64,000 bases of DNA from an uncultured Actinomycetes bacterium. Lineage in GTDB: Bacteria; Actinomycetota; Thermoleophilia; UBA2241. The stretch spans positions 384,001-448,000 of the forward strand of contig CAVYCN010000002.1 in NCBI GenBank assembly GCA_963767005.1, given 5' to 3'. Both the position numbers and the translations under genes were made by a program. Shown in pieces: positions 61,753 through 64,000 of the stretch. Within the stretch, counting starts at the first letter, position 1, and every line of letters begins with the position of its first letter. The notes beneath the pieces are model-generated. The model had not been told where the DNA came from. It saw only the letters and a list, made by a program, of their open reading frames with translations, and did not search any database.

Positions 61753-61895
61753 AGGTGCCTCCTCGAGGGTCGGTTACGCGATCTCGGTCCGCCGACGGAA
61801 GGAGGCGTGGACCCCGCGTGCGGGGCACCGCCACGCGCCCGTGACCCGTCGGGTCGTGGGTGTGCAGGGACGAAGCAGCGATAGATGGTACCACA
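61753..61895 (-). promoter_or_regulatory. rpsB promoter and structured leader (possible S2 autoregulatory RNA)
   Basis: Extended -10 TGTGGTACCAT (61885-61895); leader with GCACACCC, GACCCGACGGGTC and CCCCGCACGCGGGG hairpins. Confidence 0.5.
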
Positions 61896-61994
61896 AACGG
61901 GGGCGGGCGTACGCACAAGCAGCAGACCGCGCACGCTCCGACCAGGAGCCGCCGCCGGCGGGCCCGGTGACGGACCGTCGGGAGCGCCGTGGCG

Positions 61995-62813
61995 TCAGCC
62001 GATGACAGCCGGCTCGATCTCGTCGCGCAGGCGGCCCTTGAGGCGCAGGATCGCCTTGGTATGCAGCTGCGAGACTCGCGACTCGGTGACGCCGAGGACC
62101 TCGCCGATCTCGCGCAGTGTCAGGTTCTCGTAGTAGTAGAGTGCGATCACGATCTTCTCACGCGGCGGCAGGGCGTCGATCGCGGCCGCGAGCCGGCTCT
62201 TCATCTCGGACAGGTCGAGCATGCGCGAGGGGTCGCGGCTCTTGGGGTCTTCGATCGTGTCGATCAGCGACGCGGTGTCGCCGTCGGAGCCCGAGATCGC
62301 CCAGAGCTCGTCGAGCGCGACGAGCGACGTGTTGGCGATCTGCGAGAGCGAGTGGTGGAACTCGGGCAGCGAGACGCCGAGCTCGGCCGCGATCTCGTCG
62401 TCGGTGGGCGCCCGCTGGAGCTGGTTCTCGAGCTTGGCGCAGACCCGCTCGATCTCGCGCGCCTTGCTGCGCACGGAGCGAGGCACCCAGTCGAGCGAGC
62501 GCAACTCGTCGATGATCGAACCCTTGATGCGCGAGATGGCGTAGGTCTCGAACTTGATCTCGCGATGCGGGTCGAAGCGCTCGAGCGCGCCGATCAGGCC
62601 CAGCAGGCCGTAGCTGATGAGGTCGGATTCTTCGATGTGGGCCGGCAGGCCGCTGCCCATGCGGCCGGCCACGTACTTGACGAGCGGCGCGTAGGCCAGG
62701 ATCAGGCGGTCGCGCGCTTGCTGGTCGCCCTCTTCCTTGAACCGGCGCCAGAGATCGTTGATCCTGCTCTCGTCGAGGCGACCCATCGTCGCGACCTTAC
62801 CCACCGCCGTCAC
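61995..62813 (-). CDS. whiG: FliA/WhiG-family sigma factor
   Basis: LVKYVAGRM, DLISYG, KFETYA, IIDELRSLDWVPRSVR, LGVTESRVSQLHTKA. Confidence 0.93.
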   Translation of the reverse strand: MTAVGKVATMGRLDESRINDLWRRFKEEGDQQARDRLILAYAPLVKYVAGRMGSGLPAHIEESDLISYGLLGLIGALERFDPHREIKFETYAISRIKGSIIDELRSLDWVPRSVRSKAREIERVCAKLENQLQRAPTDDEIAAELGVSLPEFHHSLSQIANTSLVALDELWAISGSDGDTASLIDTIEDPKSRDPSRMLDLSEMKSRLAAAIDALPPREKIVIALYYYENLTLREIGEVLGVTESRVSQLHTKAILRLKGRLRDEIEPAVIG

Positions 62814-62982
62814 CGGGTACCCGCTGCCCGCGTCGCCACCGGGGGCGACGACGCTCTCATGCTACCACCACTGCAGGTCGTGCCGTAGTACCGGGGCTCG
62901 GCGCGTCGCGCCGGGGACGCCGCCGCTGCCTGGTCGAGGCGCCCGCCCGGGGCGGCGCCCGCCGCGCTGAAGGACGCGGTGC

Positions 62983-63912
62983 TCACGCCCGGGGGTGGTG
63001 CCGGCGATGGACGGCTTTGAGGTGCGCGCCGCTCACCGCCGTGTAGATCTGCGTGGTCGACACCGAGCTGTGCCCGAGCAGCTCCTGGATCGCGCGCAGG
63101 TCGGCGCCGTGCTCGAGCATGTGCGTGGCGTAGGCGTGGCGGAACATGTGCGGCGAGGCCGTGAGGCCGGCCGCGCCGGCGTACTTGGCCACGATCCGGC
63201 GCACGTCGGAGGTGCGCAGCGCCCGTCCGCTGCGCGTGAGCAGCAGGGCGCCGTCGGGCGATGCTGCCGCGGCGCCGCGCCGTTCGAGAGCGCCCTTGCC
63301 CGCCGTGAGGTAGCGCTCGAGTGCCTCGGCCGCTTCGTCGCCGAGCGGCACGACGCGGCTGCGGCCGCCCTTGCCGCGCACCAGGAGCTCGCCCTGCACG
63401 GCGCGGACGTCGCCGGGCCGCAGGTCGACGAGCTCCTGGCTGCGCAGGCCGCAGCCGTACAGCAGCTCGAACAGCAGGCGGTCGCGCAGGGCGAGCGCGT
63501 CGCCGCCGGTCACGGCGTCGCAGATGGCGTCGACCTCGGCCGGCCGCAGGGAATGCGGCAGTCGCCGCCGGCGACGGGGTCCCGGCAGGTAACGCGCCGG
63601 ATCGGAGGGCAGCACGCCGCGTGCGGTGAGGAACCGGCACAGCGAGCGCAGGCTCGACAGCTTGCGGGCCAGCGTAGCCGGCGCGTAGCCGCGACGCCCG
63701 AGCTCGGCGGCGAAGGCGCGCACGGCGACGCGGTCGAGGCACTCGAGCGCCACGCCCCGCTCGCCCGCCCAGTCGTCGAGCTGGGCGAGGTCGGAGGCAT
63801 ACGAGCGTCGCGTCGCCGCCGAGGCGCCGCGTATCTGCAGGTCGCGCAGGAACTGTGCGATCAGCGTGTCGCCGCTCAGCGACGGTCTGTCTGTCGGTGC
63901 GGTCGTCGTCAT
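62983..63912 (-). CDS. xerC: Tyrosine recombinase XerC/XerD family
   Basis: RKLSSLRS, LYGCGLR, GKGGRSR, SPHMFRHAYATHML, QELLGH...TTQIYT. Confidence 0.9.
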   Translation of the reverse strand: MTTTAPTDRPSLSGDTLIAQFLRDLQIRGASAATRRSYASDLAQLDDWAGERGVALECLDRVAVRAFAAELGRRGYAPATLARKLSSLRSLCRFLTARGVLPSDPARYLPGPRRRRRLPHSLRPAEVDAICDAVTGGDALALRDRLLFELLYGCGLRSQELVDLRPGDVRAVQGELLVRGKGGRSRVVPLGDEAAEALERYLTAGKGALERRGAAAASPDGALLLTRSGRALRTSDVRRIVAKYAGAAGLTASPHMFRHAYATHMLEHGADLRAIQELLGHSSVSTTQIYTAVSGAHLKAVHRRHHPRA

Positions 63913-64000
63913 CGTCGTGCGGGCGCGCCGCCGCCCACTCGGTGAGCCGGCGCATGTCGCCCACTCGGCAAGTTCGCCGCCGGCGTCGGGGCATCCTGCC

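Noticed and set aside
62983-63912. Prophage/ICE integrase
   Set aside because: Size, motifs and housekeeping context fit chromosomal XerC; no phage genes
63913-64000. End of an upstream gene (e.g. trmFO/topA)
   Set aside because: Too little sequence and no recognisable motif

Overview
Very GC-rich bacterial chromosome segment, most consistent with a deep-branching actinomycete of Thermoleophilia/Rubrobacteria type (inferred from rny, dapL, garA-merR, a single-motif RsiG and WhiG). It appears to contain the replication terminus: a good 11-6-11 dif site lies at 17509-17536. Core genes to its left (ftsK-rodZ-yajQ-rimO-pgsA-cinA-thpR-recA-recX-[ncRNA]-rny-miaB-amrB-amrA-miaA-dapF-dapL-hflX-dut-nudix) are all on +. 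Genes to its right are almost all on - (apt, merR-FHA-rsiG, vanW-like, GDP-Man pyrophosphorylase/PMM fusion, proS, ispG, rseP-dxr-cdsA-uppS-frr-pyrH-tsf-rpsB, whiG, xerC). Three glycosylation blocks lie in and next to the conserved rseP-ispG-proS run: CDP-3,6-dideoxyhexose genes rfbFGH, a YerE-like ThDP enzyme, GtrA/GtrB-like proteins, four GT-C-type membrane enzymes, and UDP-xylose synthase with DUF2723. The most notable observation is that several of these glycan operons, and an XRE regulator, carry sigma28/WhiG-type promoters (TAAA/TAAC/TAAG/TCAA-N15-16-GCCGATNN), while the same window encodes WhiG and a c-di-GMP-motif RsiG anti-sigma. This suggests a c-di-GMP-switched surface glycosylation programme that uses rare branched sugars. 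All calls come from reading sequence and motifs; no searches were run.
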